Positions 8,964 to 19,248 of a stretch of 64,000 nucleotides of DNA are shown here, piece by piece. Position 1 is the first letter of the stretch; every line of letters begins with the position of its first letter. Both the position numbers and the translations under genes were made by a program. The stretch lies in assembly GCA_963805625.1 (NCBI GenBank), contig CAWDVE010000017.1, positions 800,001-864,000 of the forward strand. The letters are read 5' to 3'. The notes beneath the pieces were generated by a model. It ran no database searches, was not told the DNA's origin, and was given only the letters and a program-made list of their open reading frames with translations. Source of the DNA: an uncultured Candidatus Rokubacteria bacterium (GTDB lineage: Bacteria > Methylomirabilota > Methylomirabilia > Rokubacteriales > DASRDR01).

Positions 8964-11258
8964 TCAGCGCCGGCGGCCGCCTCCGCCGCCCCCGCGACCG
9001 CCGCCCCCGCCCCCCGCCCGCGCCCCGCCGCTGGATGATCGCGCGCCGCCGGCCTGGCTGATCCCGCCGCTGCCGCCGCTGCGCTGATAGGAGGCCTCGC
9101 GAGCCGCTCCTGCGCTCCTGGCCTGCTGCTGGCGATTCAGGTCGGCCGCCGTCTCCTTCCCTTGGCCGAAATCGGCCCGGTTCCAGCCCTGTCCGGTGTT
9201 CTGCTCCCAGCCGTCGGCGCCGCGCCGGTAGGTGTTCCCGTCGCGCCCCGCGTAGACGTCATTGGAGCGCGGCGCGGCGCTGCGCTGCTGGGCGGTCTGC
9301 TGGGCCCGTTGCTGGGCCTGCTGGCGCTGCTGCGGCGTCAGCGACTGCGCCCGGCTCTCGAGGTTGGACCGCACCTGGTTCTGGTTCCAGCGGTTGTAGG
9401 CGTCGCTCCGGTTGATGTTGACGGTCCGGTCGATGTCCACGTCGCCGTACCCGCAGCAGCCCCAGGCCCCACCCCAGGCGGCCGCCGTCATCGCCCCGAA
9501 GGCGAAGCCCGTCACGGCGCCCCACCCGAACCCGGCGCCGTACCCGTAGGTCGGGGGAGGCGGATACCAGTACGCGCCGACGTAGACCGGGGGGTAGACG
9601 TAGCCGGTCCCGTAGACGACGACGCTGGACGGGGCGACCACGGTCCCGTAGTAGCCGGGCGTGTAGCCGACGTACACCGTCTGGGGGGTGCTGCTGTACA
9701 CGTGGACGTACGTCACGTAGTGCAAGGGGGAGCCGGGCGGGATCGTATAGATCACCGCCGGCACCGTCGTGGCCACGGTCCACGGCGCCATGGGCGCATT
9801 CGCCACGAACCACACCCCATCCTTGAGCGAGTAGTAGGTCTTCGCGTCGACCTGGATCACCGGGATGGGAGAGTTCACCGCGTGGTGGAGCGGCGTGCCC
9901 TCGATCGGCTCGAACTTCGGGGCCCCGTCGTACGTCGCCTTGTAGGTCGTCGCCGTCCGGCTCACCTCGGCGGTCTGGGGGATGCTGTTATCGATGAGGG
10001 CTTCCTTGGCCTGGGGCGTGCCCGGCACCGAAGCCAGAACGGCGCCCCGGGGGTGACTCTCCGGGATCTTGGCGAAGGCGGCGGGAAGCTTGTCGTGCGC
10101 GACGTACTCCCAGGGGCCCTCGGCCAGGGACGGGCTGCGGAACCACCGTCCCGACAGGAGCACGTAGTGGCGCTGATCCGCCGGGTCGAGCACGATGTTC
10201 GCGGACGAGTTCCGGACGTGGAGGAGGTCGCTTCCTTCGATGGGCTCGTAGTCGGGGCGGCCCTCGGTCTGGATCAGCTCGGCCGGCACCGTGCTGACGT
10301 GGACGGTCGGGAGCACGCCCCGCGCCGCGGCATCCTTCACTCCGGGGCCAGGATCGTCGAGGAGGTTCACTCGCTGGCTCTTGGCCACGGTCTGCATGGC
10401 GGCATCGAGCCCGGCGGGCGGCCGACCCGCCACGCTCCAGGGGCCGTCGAGGGTGTTGGCCTCGAACCACCGTCCGAGCGCCCGCAGGTAGTGCTTGCCG
10501 CTCTTCTGGTCCACGAGGATCAGCGCCCACGAGTTGACGACCCGCTGAAGGCTGGAGCCGTCGGCCTGGCGGAGGACGGGCTTGCCGTCCACGAGGACGA
10601 GGAGAGCTGGCGTCATGCTGAAGATGACGCGCGGCGGGTCGTTCTTGACCGCCTGAGGGGTGCCGGCGCTTCGCTGGGCCTCGGTGATGGCGAGCGCGGC
10701 CTGGACCCGGTCGAGCGAGATCCGCGACACCTCCCGAGGCAGACGCCGCTCGAGCACCTTCTGGTACTCGGCAGCCTGGTCGGGCTCCGACGGGAACACG
10801 ACCTTGTCGACCCGGAAGTCGGCGAGCGCGACCAGCCGGTTGACCTTGTCCACCTCGGCGCGCGCGGAGAACCACACGACGCCGAAGTGCTGGAGCGGCG
10901 ACGCCGTGCTCTCCACCGAGACGGCCGCGCGCGCGTGGAGGCGCGTGCCGTCCCACTTCTCGATCTGCGGCTGGTAGACGGTGAATGTCCGGCCTCCCTC
11001 CGTGGCTTCACGGGGCCAGGGGGCGTTCCCGGTCCCCTCCCGGGAGGCTGCCGGTCCGGCCGCAGTGGTCGGAGTGGCGGGCCGAGCCGCCGGGGAGGCG
11101 GGAGCGCTCGGAGGGGTGGCGGCTTTCGATGCCGGGGCGCCGGATGCCGGCATGGACGGCGCCTGTGCCCAGGCCGCGGGGACTGTCAGCTGACCCCCGA
11201 GGAAAAGGAGTGTCGCGACTGCCGTCCACCGCGTCGTCCACGTGATCATGAGTGTCAT
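8964..11258 (-). CDS. Large exported protein of unknown function with Tyr/Gly-rich and low-complexity C-terminus
   Basis: Signal peptide ending AWA-Q, Pro/Ala linker, repeated YxxxxGxWF..GPW units, GYTPGYYG...YGTGY segment, Gln/Gly-rich tail; GGAGGG RBS before ATG 11258. Confidence 0.8.
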   Translation of the reverse strand: MTLMITWTTRWTAVATLLFLGGQLTVPAAWAQAPSMPASGAPASKAATPPSAPASPAARPATPTTAAGPAASREGTGNAPWPREATEGGRTFTVYQPQIEKWDGTRLHARAAVSVESTASPLQHFGVVWFSARAEVDKVNRLVALADFRVDKVVFPSEPDQAAEYQKVLERRLPREVSRISLDRVQAALAITEAQRSAGTPQAVKNDPPRVIFSMTPALLVLVDGKPVLRQADGSSLQRVVNSWALILVDQKSGKHYLRALGRWFEANTLDGPWSVAGRPPAGLDAAMQTVAKSQRVNLLDDPGPGVKDAAARGVLPTVHVSTVPAELIQTEGRPDYEPIEGSDLLHVRNSSANIVLDPADQRHYVLLSGRWFRSPSLAEGPWEYVAHDKLPAAFAKIPESHPRGAVLASVPGTPQAKEALIDNSIPQTAEVSRTATTYKATYDGAPKFEPIEGTPLHHAVNSPIPVIQVDAKTYYSLKDGVWFVANAPMAPWTVATTVPAVIYTIPPGSPLHYVTYVHVYSSTPQTVYVGYTPGYYGTVVAPSSVVVYGTGYVYPPVYVGAYWYPPPPTYGYGAGFGWGAVTGFAFGAMTAAAWGGAWGCCGYGDVDIDRTVNINRSDAYNRWNQNQVRSNLESRAQSLTPQQRQQAQQRAQQTAQQRSAAPRSNDVYAGRDGNTYRRGADGWEQNTGQGWNRADFGQGKETAADLNRQQQARSAGAAREASYQRSGGSGGISQAGGARSSSGGARAGGGGGGRGGGGGGRRR

Positions 11259-11294
11259 CGGTCCCTCCACCCACCAGTCGCTACAAGGGCACAA

Positions 11295-12326
11295 CTATCT
11301 TGGCGTGAGGCTCTTGCTGAGCCAATCCAGGTAAATCTGCACGTACGCGTGCGATTCCTCCTCGATCCGCTTCCGAAGCAGTCGCGCCGTGAAGCCCTCC
11401 AGCAGGCTCGAGCGTCCGCGCATGCCCGCCAGCAGGTAGTATCCCTGGCCGTCGGGCGGCGTTCCCAGCCACAGCACGAGCAGCGAGGCGTCCACGTACC
11501 GGCTGGCGTAGAGCTGCTTGTTGGCGATGTAGATGTTCCCGCCCGGCTCCCGCTGGATCACGAGATGGTGCAGCGTGATCGACGGCTCGGATCCAATCCC
11601 CCCCTTGGCCCAGTAGAGAAACTGCTCGACGGGAAGGCCCGGAGCCTGCGGGAAGCGCTCGAGATACGTGGCCAGGGGATTGGCCAGCGCGTACAGGTTC
11701 GTGGCGCCTCGGATCAGCGTCCGGAACTCTTCGGCGACCGCGCGAGGCTGCCGCTCGTTGTGCGCGGCACCCAGCCCACCGTCCCCATTCCGCAAGTATG
11801 CCTCAGCGTAGCCCAGCATGAGCTGTCGGGTCAGCAGATTCGCCCGTCGTCCCGCGTCGGCCGCGGCCCAGTCCACATCGGCCCGAAACCGGGCGATGGC
11901 CCGGTCACCCAAGCGGAGGGCGCAGTCACCCGGTTGGCACCGTTGCAGGGCCGCGAGCTCTCCCGCGTCGAGGACAAGGTCTCCGAAGTCGTTGATCGTC
12001 GGGGATGCGCTCAGCTTGCGTGACACGCCCAGGTCGGCCGCCTTGCGGAACCCCTCCACGTCCCGGATCCAGCCGACGAGCCGTTCCTTGTCGTCGGGAA
12101 TCCGGACCGCGCCGGCGACGGCGATCTCCCGCCCTTGGGCCGGTATGGTCTTGACCACGGTCTGGCCGGCGCGCAGCTGACCGATCTCGGCCGCCGAGAA
12201 TCCGAGCCGCTCCATCAGCGCCCGCTCCATGTCGACCGGCTGAGACTGAGCGATCCGGGGACTCGACACGAAGACGGCACTTCCACACATGAGGATGAGG
12301 AGGACGATCCAGCGCGTACGGATCAC
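11295..12326 (-). CDS. Exported protein of unknown function
   Basis: 343-aa ORF with signal peptide, GGAGG RBS and natural composition; in an operon with the flanking exported proteins. Confidence 0.8.
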   Translation of the reverse strand: MIRTRWIVLLILMCGSAVFVSSPRIAQSQPVDMERALMERLGFSAAEIGQLRAGQTVVKTIPAQGREIAVAGAVRIPDDKERLVGWIRDVEGFRKAADLGVSRKLSASPTINDFGDLVLDAGELAALQRCQPGDCALRLGDRAIARFRADVDWAAADAGRRANLLTRQLMLGYAEAYLRNGDGGLGAAHNERQPRAVAEEFRTLIRGATNLYALANPLATYLERFPQAPGLPVEQFLYWAKGGIGSEPSITLHHLVIQREPGGNIYIANKQLYASRYVDASLLVLWLGTPPDGQGYYLLAGMRGRSSLLEGFTARLLRKRIEEESHAYVQIYLDWLSKSLTPR

Positions 12327-12457
12327 GACCTCCCGGTAGCCCCGAGGTTGCCCTGACTCAGGCCACTCGGTCGCTCGGATGGTCGAGGTACCTGTCCGAG
12401 GACCGTGAGCGACGAGGGCCTCCGGGACCGTCTCTCAACCCTGGAGGGAGCCCGAGC

Positions 12458-13102
12458 CTACCAACGGATCGTGAATCCACCCGCCACGTGGACCGTCTCG
12501 ATGTCGAACTCCGTGGTCCTTCCGCCGGGATTCGTGCTGAACACCGTGTAGCGGCCCTCGACGAACGTTCCGAAGGCCGGGGTGATCATGAACGTGATGC
12601 CTGCGCGCGCGTCGACGCCGACCTCGAACTGCCAATCCGAGCTCTGCTCGCCGAGCCCCGGAACGTCCACCTTCACGCTCGTGAGGAAGAACCCCGGCCC
12701 CACGCCGAGATAGGGCTGGAGTCGGCCCTTCGGGAACTCGGGGCTCTCGAAGAGGGGCAGGCGAAACATCACGAGCGGCGACAAGGGGACGACCTCCAAG
12801 CGCGTTTCGGCCGTCGTTCCTTGCCCAGCCGGCGCGAAGTAGGACACATCCGCGGCCACGCCCAGCCAGCGGAGGCCCTCGAGCCAGTAGCCGAGGCGCG
12901 CCCCGCCCATGCCTTCCGTATCGAACTTGACCTTGTCGTCAAAGGTCGTGCCGTTGCGGACGGTCACATCGGCGTCGGCAGTCATCGAGGCGCCGCCGTA
13001 GACATCCACGAACCACTCCGCGGACGCCGGACGGACCGCGATGACGCTGGAACCGAGGCCGATCATCATGACTGCCAGGCGCCAGAGCTGGACTCTTCGC
13101 AT
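12458..13102 (-). CDS. Small outer-membrane beta-barrel protein (OmpW/OmpA-TM-like)
   Basis: Signal peptide ending ASA-E, alternating beta strands, PYLGVGPG, C-terminal beta-signal GGFTIRW; GGAGGAG RBS. Confidence 0.88.
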   Translation of the reverse strand: MRRVQLWRLAVMMIGLGSSVIAVRPASAEWFVDVYGGASMTADADVTVRNGTTFDDKVKFDTEGMGGARLGYWLEGLRWLGVAADVSYFAPAGQGTTAETRLEVVPLSPLVMFRLPLFESPEFPKGRLQPYLGVGPGFFLTSVKVDVPGLGEQSSDWQFEVGVDARAGITFMITPAFGTFVEGRYTVFSTNPGGRTTEFDIETVHVAGGFTIRW

Positions 13103-13157
13103 GTGCACATGCTCCTCCACGGCATCGAGGATGGTAATTGCCCAATGTCCAACTGAG

Positions 13158-13173
13158 TGCAACACGCGTGCCC
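13158..13173 (-). promoter_or_regulatory. Sigma54 (-24/-12) promoter of the beta-barrel operon
   Basis: Minus strand GGGCACGCGTGTTGCA: GG-N10-GC with GGCACG and TTGC consensus, about 55 bp upstream of the start. Confidence 0.7.
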
Positions 13174-13291
13174 TCTGCTCCATGTCGGAAACTGCCCGTG
13201 CCATCAGCATTGCAGGGGCGTCCGCGACCGGGCTCGCCACCATCGGGAACGGCGCCCGCCGTATTCGACGGCACACGGAAAGCTCACCCCC

Positions 13292-14542
13292 TCAGACCTC
13301 CGGCGCCCGGGGGACGGCGTCCGCCTCTCTCGTGAGTGCGAGCCCGACGAGGACGTAGCCGGCCACCGCCGCGACGAGCGACGCCGCCAGAATGCCGACG
13401 ACCGCCTTCACCGCCAGCTCGGGCGCGTCCTCGGCGAACGCCAGGTTCGCGATGAACAGGCTCATCGTGAACCCGATCCCGCACAGGACCGAGACGCCGA
13501 AGAGCGAGCCCCAGCTCGCCCCTTCCGGCATGCGGGCGATCCGAAGGCCGATCGCCGCGCCGCTCAGCAGGAACACGCCGACCGTCTTGCCGACGAGGAG
13601 CCCCGCGGCGATTCCGAGCGACACTGGGTCGAGGAGCGAGCCGAGCGACAGGCCTCGGATCGACACGCCCGCATTCGCGAAGGCGAAGACGGGCAGGATC
13701 CCGAACGCCACCACGGGATGGAGATCGTGCTCGAGCTGGCGGAGGGGCGACGTTCCCTCCGCCTCGCCGGTCCGCATCGGGATGAACAGGGCGAGCGCCG
13801 CGCCCGCGAGCGTGGCGTGGATCCCGGACTTCAGCACCGCCACCCACAGCACGAGGCCGATGAAGAAGTACGCGGGAATCGCTCGGACACGGGTCGCATT
13901 GAGCACCGCCAGCAACAGGATCGCCGCCGCGGCGACACCGAGCGATAGCCAGGACAGGCGCTCGGTGTAGAAGAGCGCGATGATCACGATCGTCCCCAGG
14001 TCGTCCAGGATCGCCAGGGTCAGGACGAACACCTTGAGGCCCCGGGGCACCCGCGGGCCGAGCAGCGAGAGAACGCCGAGCGCGAACGCGATGTCGGTCG
14101 CCGCCGGGATCGCCCAGCCGTTGACACCCACGGGATCGCCCCGATTGAGCCACCAGTAGATCGCCGACGGCGCAGCCATGCCGCCCGCGGCCGCGAACGC
14201 GGGAAGGGCGAGCTGGGCCGGATTCGCGAGATCGCCTTCCATCACCTCTCGCTTGATCTCGAGCCCGACCAGGAAGAAGAAGACCGCCATCAATCCGTCG
14301 TTGATCCACACGACCAGGGGCTTCGCGATCCTGAGCGCGCCGATCCGGACCTCGACCGGCGTCTCCAGGAACGCCTGGTAGAGGCCCTCGGCGCGGGTGT
14401 TGGCGAGGACCAGCGCGACGACTGTCGCGAGCATCAGGATGATGCCGCCCGCCGCCTGAAGTCGCAGGAATTCGCGGATGGCGCCGGCGGTCAGATCGCT
14501 AGCCTCGCTGATGTAGTCGGCCGGCGTCCGCAGCTTTCTCAC
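13292..14542 (-). CDS. nhaA: Na+/H+ antiporter NhaA
   Basis: WINDGLMAVFFFLVGLEIKRE, IPAATDIAFALG, LAILDDLG (catalytic DD), KSGIHATLAG, GIGFTMSLFI. Confidence 0.95.
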   Translation of the reverse strand: MRKLRTPADYISEASDLTAGAIREFLRLQAAGGIILMLATVVALVLANTRAEGLYQAFLETPVEVRIGALRIAKPLVVWINDGLMAVFFFLVGLEIKREVMEGDLANPAQLALPAFAAAGGMAAPSAIYWWLNRGDPVGVNGWAIPAATDIAFALGVLSLLGPRVPRGLKVFVLTLAILDDLGTIVIIALFYTERLSWLSLGVAAAAILLLAVLNATRVRAIPAYFFIGLVLWVAVLKSGIHATLAGAALALFIPMRTGEAEGTSPLRQLEHDLHPVVAFGILPVFAFANAGVSIRGLSLGSLLDPVSLGIAAGLLVGKTVGVFLLSGAAIGLRIARMPEGASWGSLFGVSVLCGIGFTMSLFIANLAFAEDAPELAVKAVVGILAASLVAAVAGYVLVGLALTREADAVPRAPEV

Positions 14543-14672
14543 GATTGGCCCCGTCCGGCATGATGCCCCTTGGGCATGGTCACGGCCGGGGGACGGCGAC
14601 CGGAGGGCCCACGAAGCCGCACTGACGTTCGCGCTGGGCCGCTCTTCAGGCTGGCGGGACGGTTCACGCTTC

Positions 14673-16067
14673 CTATTGCGCCCAGCCGCCTCCGAGGGCC
14701 CGGTAGAGCCCGACCAGCGTCAGGAGCTCGTCCCGCTGGACCAGCGCCAGGTCCAGCTCCGCGGAGAAGAGCTGGCGCTCGTTGTCCAGGACCTCGAGAT
14801 AATTGGTCACGCCCCCGTCGTAGCGGAGGTTCGAGAGCTGCGTGGCGTTCCGCAGCACCTGGACGAGGGTCTCCTGCTCCCGTCGGGCCTCCTGCCGCTT
14901 GCGATGACCGACCAGGGAATCGGACACCTCGCGGAGAGCCTGCTGGACGGTCTGCTGATAGCGGGCGACGGCCTCCTGGACGCGGGCCTCCGCGGAGTCG
15001 ACCCCGGCCTGGACGCGGCCCATGTTGAAGATCGGCACCGAGAGCGTGGGGCCGATCCCGAAGAAGCCCATGGGGCCGAAGGACACGCTGTTCTGGACGC
15101 CTCCCGCCACGCCGATCGAGCCGAGGAGGAAGATACGCGGGAAGAAGTCGGACTTGGCCACGCCGATCCGCGCGTTGGCCGCGACCAGTTGCTGCTCGGC
15201 GAGGCGGATGTCGGGCCGCCGCTCGAGCAGGGCGGCCGGCAGGCCGGCAGGAACGGAGGGCCGGCTGATCTGCCCTTCCAGCGCCCGGCCGCGCGAGATC
15301 GGTCCGGGGTTTCGGCCGATGAGCACGCTGATGAGATTCTCCGTCTGCTCGATCTGCCGTTCGAAGTCCGGGATCTCCCGCAAGGCCCCCGAGAGCAGCG
15401 TCTCGGCCTGGTACACGTCCATCATCGACACCACGCCGCCTTCCTCGCGGAGCTGGACGAGCCGCAGGGAGTCCTGGCGGAGCCCGACGGTCCGGCGGGC
15501 GATTTCCAGGCTGAGGTCCAGGGTCCGCAGCTGGAAGTACGCGATGGCCACGCTGGAGACGAGGTTGCTCAGGACCACGTGGCGGCCTTCCTCGGTTGCG
15601 AGCAGCTCGGCGCGGGCTGCCTCGGTGGCCCGACGCCACCGGCCCCAGAAATCGAGCTCGAAGGAGAGGTTGACGCTGCCCTGCGGGAGGAACGAGTTCT
15701 CGAGGGTGAAGAGCGGCGGCCGATCGCCCTCGGTGGCCTGGAAGGGTGCCTGGGCCGACCCGTCGATCGTGGGGAACTGGAACGAGCGGGTGGCGACCAC
15801 CTGGGCCTGGGCGTCCAGGATGCGCGCCGCGGCGAGCCGGAGGTCGTAGTTCTCGGCCAGCGCGGTCCGGATCAGCGTCTGGAGGGCCTCGTCCTCGAAG
15901 AGCGTCCACCAGGCGACGTCGGCGAGCGACCCCGGCTCGCCGGGCGCCGCGGGATCGAGCCCGCGGTAGAAGGACGGCAGCGACACCTCCGGCCGGCGAT
16001 AGTCGGGCCCGACCGTGCACGCGACGAGGACGATCGGGATCAGCGCCAGCAGGAGACCGCGTCTCAC
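14673..16067 (-). CDS. RND efflux outer-membrane factor lipoprotein (NodT/OprM type)
   Basis: Lipobox LVAC-TVGPDY, FELDFWGR, LLERRPDI, LYRALGGGW; GTG overlaps the permease stop. Confidence 0.92.
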   Translation of the reverse strand: MRRGLLLALIPIVLVACTVGPDYRRPEVSLPSFYRGLDPAAPGEPGSLADVAWWTLFEDEALQTLIRTALAENYDLRLAAARILDAQAQVVATRSFQFPTIDGSAQAPFQATEGDRPPLFTLENSFLPQGSVNLSFELDFWGRWRRATEAARAELLATEEGRHVVLSNLVSSVAIAYFQLRTLDLSLEIARRTVGLRQDSLRLVQLREEGGVVSMMDVYQAETLLSGALREIPDFERQIEQTENLISVLIGRNPGPISRGRALEGQISRPSVPAGLPAALLERRPDIRLAEQQLVAANARIGVAKSDFFPRIFLLGSIGVAGGVQNSVSFGPMGFFGIGPTLSVPIFNMGRVQAGVDSAEARVQEAVARYQQTVQQALREVSDSLVGHRKRQEARREQETLVQVLRNATQLSNLRYDGGVTNYLEVLDNERQLFSAELDLALVQRDELLTLVGLYRALGGGWAQ

Positions 16068-19000
16068 GGGTGCTCCCCCCGGAACGCCGCCTCTGCTGGC
16101 TCGGGCACGGGACCCTTGGCGGGGCCCTTCGCCCGCTTGTGGCGCCGCCCCAGCTGCTCCACGAAGGCGAAGTTGCCCGGAATGATGAACACGCCGAGGA
16201 ACGTGGCGACCAGCATGCCCCAGAAGACCGCCGTGCCCATGACGTTCTGCGCCCCGGCCCCGGCCCCGCTGGCGAGGATGAGCGGGACCACGCCCAGGAT
16301 GAAGGCGAAGGCCGTCATCAGGATGGGCCGGAAGCGGAGCCGGGCGGCCTCCAGCGCGGCCTCCTGCGGCGGCTTGCCCTCCTCGTGCCTCACCTTCGCC
16401 ACCTCGACGATGAGGATCGCGTTCTTGGCCGCGAGGCCGATGAGCATGATCAGTCCGACCTGGACGTACACGTTGTTGTCGTAGCCCGCGAGCCAGACGC
16501 CGAAGAAGGCGCCGAGCGCGACCAGTGGCGAGCCGAGGAGCACGGCCCACGGCAGGCGCCAGCTCTCGTACATCGCGGCCAGCAGGAGGAACACGAAGAC
16601 GATGGCCATGACGAACGTCGGGCCCGCGGGCGGCGCGACCTTCTCCTGGTAGGAGAGCTTCGAGTAGGCGAAGCCCATCTCCTTCGGCATCGTCTTCGAG
16701 AAGACGTCCTCGAGGACCGCCAGGGCCTGACCGGAGGTGTAGCCGCGTCCGGGGACTCCGCTGATCTCCACCGAGCGGAACAGGTTGAAGCGGGTGGTGA
16801 TCTCCGTGCTCGGCACTTCCCGGATCGTCACGAGGGTCGAGAGCGGGATCATGGTGTTCGTGGTGTTGCTGCGCACGTAGATCTGCCCGATGTCGTCGGG
16901 CTTGCGGCGATAGTCGGCGTCCGCCTGGACGTAGACCCGGAACAGCCGCCCGAAGCGGTTGAAGTCGTTCACGTAGGCGCCGCCCAGCACGGCGGACATG
17001 GCCTGGAACACGTCGTTGATGGGGATCCCGAGGGTGCGCGCCTTCTCCCGGTCGAGCTCCACCTTCACCTGGGGGTAGTTCGGATCGAACGACGTGAAGA
17101 GGTTCGCGAGCTCGGGTCGCTGGCGCGCCTCGGCCAGGAAATTGCGTGTCTGGGCGCCGAGATCTTCCACCGTGAGCGTACCGCTGCGATCCTGGAGCAG
17201 GAAGTTGAAGCCGGCCGAAGCGCCGAAGCCTGCGATCGTGGGGATGTTGAAGGGGAAGATGACCGCCTCCGGGATCGCCGCGAACTGCGGGACGAGGTGT
17301 CCGATGATCCCCTTCACGTGCAAGGCCTCGCCGTGGCGCTCCTCCCAGTCCTTCAGCCGGATCAGGATGGTCCCGAAGTTCGGCTGGTAGGTATTCGTCA
17401 CGAGCCCGAATCCGCCGATCGTCGTATAAGCGTCGACGCCCTCCGTCTTCGCCACGATCTGCTCCACCCGGGTCAGGATGGCGCCCGTCCGCTCGAGGGA
17501 CGCGCCGGGCGGGAGCTGCACATTGACGCCCAAGAGACCCTGATCCTCATCGGGGATGAATCCCGCCGGCAGCGCGCGCCCGAAGAGTCCGGCGCCGACG
17601 GCCACGATGAGGACGATCAGGATCGTCAGCACCGCACGCCGGACCAGAAGCCGGGCCACGCCGATGTAACCGTTGGTCACCCGGTCGAACACCCAGTTGA
17701 AGCCCCGGAAGAACCAGCCGAGCGGCCCGCGCCCGGGTCCGTGCCCGGGCTTGAGGAGCAAGACGGAGAGGGCGGGCGAGAGCGAGAGCGCGCTGAATGC
17801 CGAGAGCAGCACCGAGATGGCGATCGTCAGCGCGAACTGCTGGTACATCCGGCCGGTGAGGCCGCCCAGGAAGGCGACGGGCACGAACACGGCCGAGAGG
17901 ATGAGGGCGATCCCGACGACCGGGCCGGACACTTCCTTCATGGCCTGGATCGTCGCCGCCCGCGGGTCGAGCCCGTGTTCCATGTGATGGATCACGGCCT
18001 CCACCACGACGATGGCGTCGTCGACCACGATGCCGATCGCAAGCACGAGGCCGAACATCGAGAGCGTGTTGACCGAGAAGCCCAGCATCGGGAAGAAAAT
18101 GAAGGTACCGATGATCGACACGGGCACCGTCAGGAGCGGGATGATCGTCGCCCGGACGTTCTGGAGGAAGATGAACACCACCAGCGTGACGAGGATGAGC
18201 GCCTCGACGAAGGTGTGGACGATCGACTCGATCGAGGCCTCGACGGCCGGCGTCGTGTCGTAGACGATCTTGTAGTCCATGTCGGGCGGGAAGAGCGTCT
18301 TGGCCCGCACCATGGTTTCGTAGATCTGCTTCGACGCCTCGAGCTGATTCGCCCCCGGGAGGAGGTAGACGGCCATCGACCCGGCCGGCTTGCCGTCCAG
18401 CCGGCCGAACGAGTTGTAGTCCTGGGAGCCGAGCTCCGCCCGGCCCACGTCCTTGATTCGGACCTGGGCGGCGGTCGCGGTGCCCCGGATGATGATGTTC
18501 TCGAACTCCTCCGTGGTGATCAGGCGGCCCGGCGCGGCCACGGTGTAGGTGAACTGCTGGTCCTTGGGGGAGGGCGCTCCGCCGACCCGCCCGGCTGGCG
18601 CCTGGAGGTTCTGCTCCTTGATCGCCGAGATCACGTCGGCCGGCGTCAGCCCGAGCTTGGCCAGCTTGTTGGGCTCGAGCCAGACGCGCATGCCGTAGTC
18701 GGTGCCGCCGAAGAGATCGACCTGGGCGATCCCGGGGATGCGGAGGATCTGGTCCCGCAGGTTGATGCCGCAGTAGTTGATGAGGAAGTTCGCGTCGTAG
18801 CTCCCCCTGGGCGAGTTGACCGAGATGACCATCAAGATGCTGGGGCTCTGCTTCTTGACGGTGACCCCCTGCTGGATCACCTCCTGGGGGAGCCGGGCCT
18901 GGGCCACCGTGACCCGGTTCTGCGTGAGGACGTTGGCGGTGTCCTGGTCGACGCCGACCTCGAAGCTGACGTCGAGGAGCATGCGGCCGTCGCTCGTGTT

Positions 19001-19243
19001 CGACGACTGCATGTAGATCATCTTGTCGACGCCGTTGACTTCTTGCTCGATCGGGGTCGCGACCGACTGCTCCACCGCGACCGCCGAGGCGCCCGGGTAG
19101 GTCGCCGTGACCCGGATCGACGGAGGGGCGAGGAAGGGATATTGCTCGAAGGCGAGCTTGAGGAGCGAGGCGGTCCCGAGCAGGACCGTGAGGATCGCGA
19201 TGACGATCGCGACGATCGGGCGGCGGATGAAGAACTGCGCCAT
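16064..19243 (-). CDS. HAE1 RND efflux permease (AcrB/MexB/BepE-like)
   Basis: MAQFFIRRPI, GIVVDDAIVVVE, GLAAKNAILIVE, RFRPILMT; 1059 aa. Confidence 0.95.
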   Translation of the reverse strand: MAQFFIRRPIVAIVIAILTVLLGTASLLKLAFEQYPFLAPPSIRVTATYPGASAVAVEQSVATPIEQEVNGVDKMIYMQSSNTSDGRMLLDVSFEVGVDQDTANVLTQNRVTVAQARLPQEVIQQGVTVKKQSPSILMVISVNSPRGSYDANFLINYCGINLRDQILRIPGIAQVDLFGGTDYGMRVWLEPNKLAKLGLTPADVISAIKEQNLQAPAGRVGGAPSPKDQQFTYTVAAPGRLITTEEFENIIIRGTATAAQVRIKDVGRAELGSQDYNSFGRLDGKPAGSMAVYLLPGANQLEASKQIYETMVRAKTLFPPDMDYKIVYDTTPAVEASIESIVHTFVEALILVTLVVFIFLQNVRATIIPLLTVPVSIIGTFIFFPMLGFSVNTLSMFGLVLAIGIVVDDAIVVVEAVIHHMEHGLDPRAATIQAMKEVSGPVVGIALILSAVFVPVAFLGGLTGRMYQQFALTIAISVLLSAFSALSLSPALSVLLLKPGHGPGRGPLGWFFRGFNWVFDRVTNGYIGVARLLVRRAVLTILIVLIVAVGAGLFGRALPAGFIPDEDQGLLGVNVQLPPGASLERTGAILTRVEQIVAKTEGVDAYTTIGGFGLVTNTYQPNFGTILIRLKDWEERHGEALHVKGIIGHLVPQFAAIPEAVIFPFNIPTIAGFGASAGFNFLLQDRSGTLTVEDLGAQTRNFLAEARQRPELANLFTSFDPNYPQVKVELDREKARTLGIPINDVFQAMSAVLGGAYVNDFNRFGRLFRVYVQADADYRRKPDDIGQIYVRSNTTNTMIPLSTLVTIREVPSTEITTRFNLFRSVEISGVPGRGYTSGQALAVLEDVFSKTMPKEMGFAYSKLSYQEKVAPPAGPTFVMAIVFVFLLLAAMYESWRLPWAVLLGSPLVALGAFFGVWLAGYDNNVYVQVGLIMLIGLAAKNAILIVEVAKVRHEEGKPPQEAALEAARLRFRPILMTAFAFILGVVPLILASGAGAGAQNVMGTAVFWGMLVATFLGVFIIPGNFAFVEQLGRRHKRAKGPAKGPVPEPAEAAFRGEHP

Positions 19244-19248
19244 CGGGC

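Noticed and set aside
8964-9080. GGC/CCG-rich low-complexity tract
   Set aside because: Encodes the Gly-rich protein tail; not a CRISPR or an independent repeat
14543-14672. Possible Na+/Li+ riboswitch upstream of nhaA
   Set aside because: No nhaA-I/II or DUF1646 consensus recognised; the spacer looks like an operon junction
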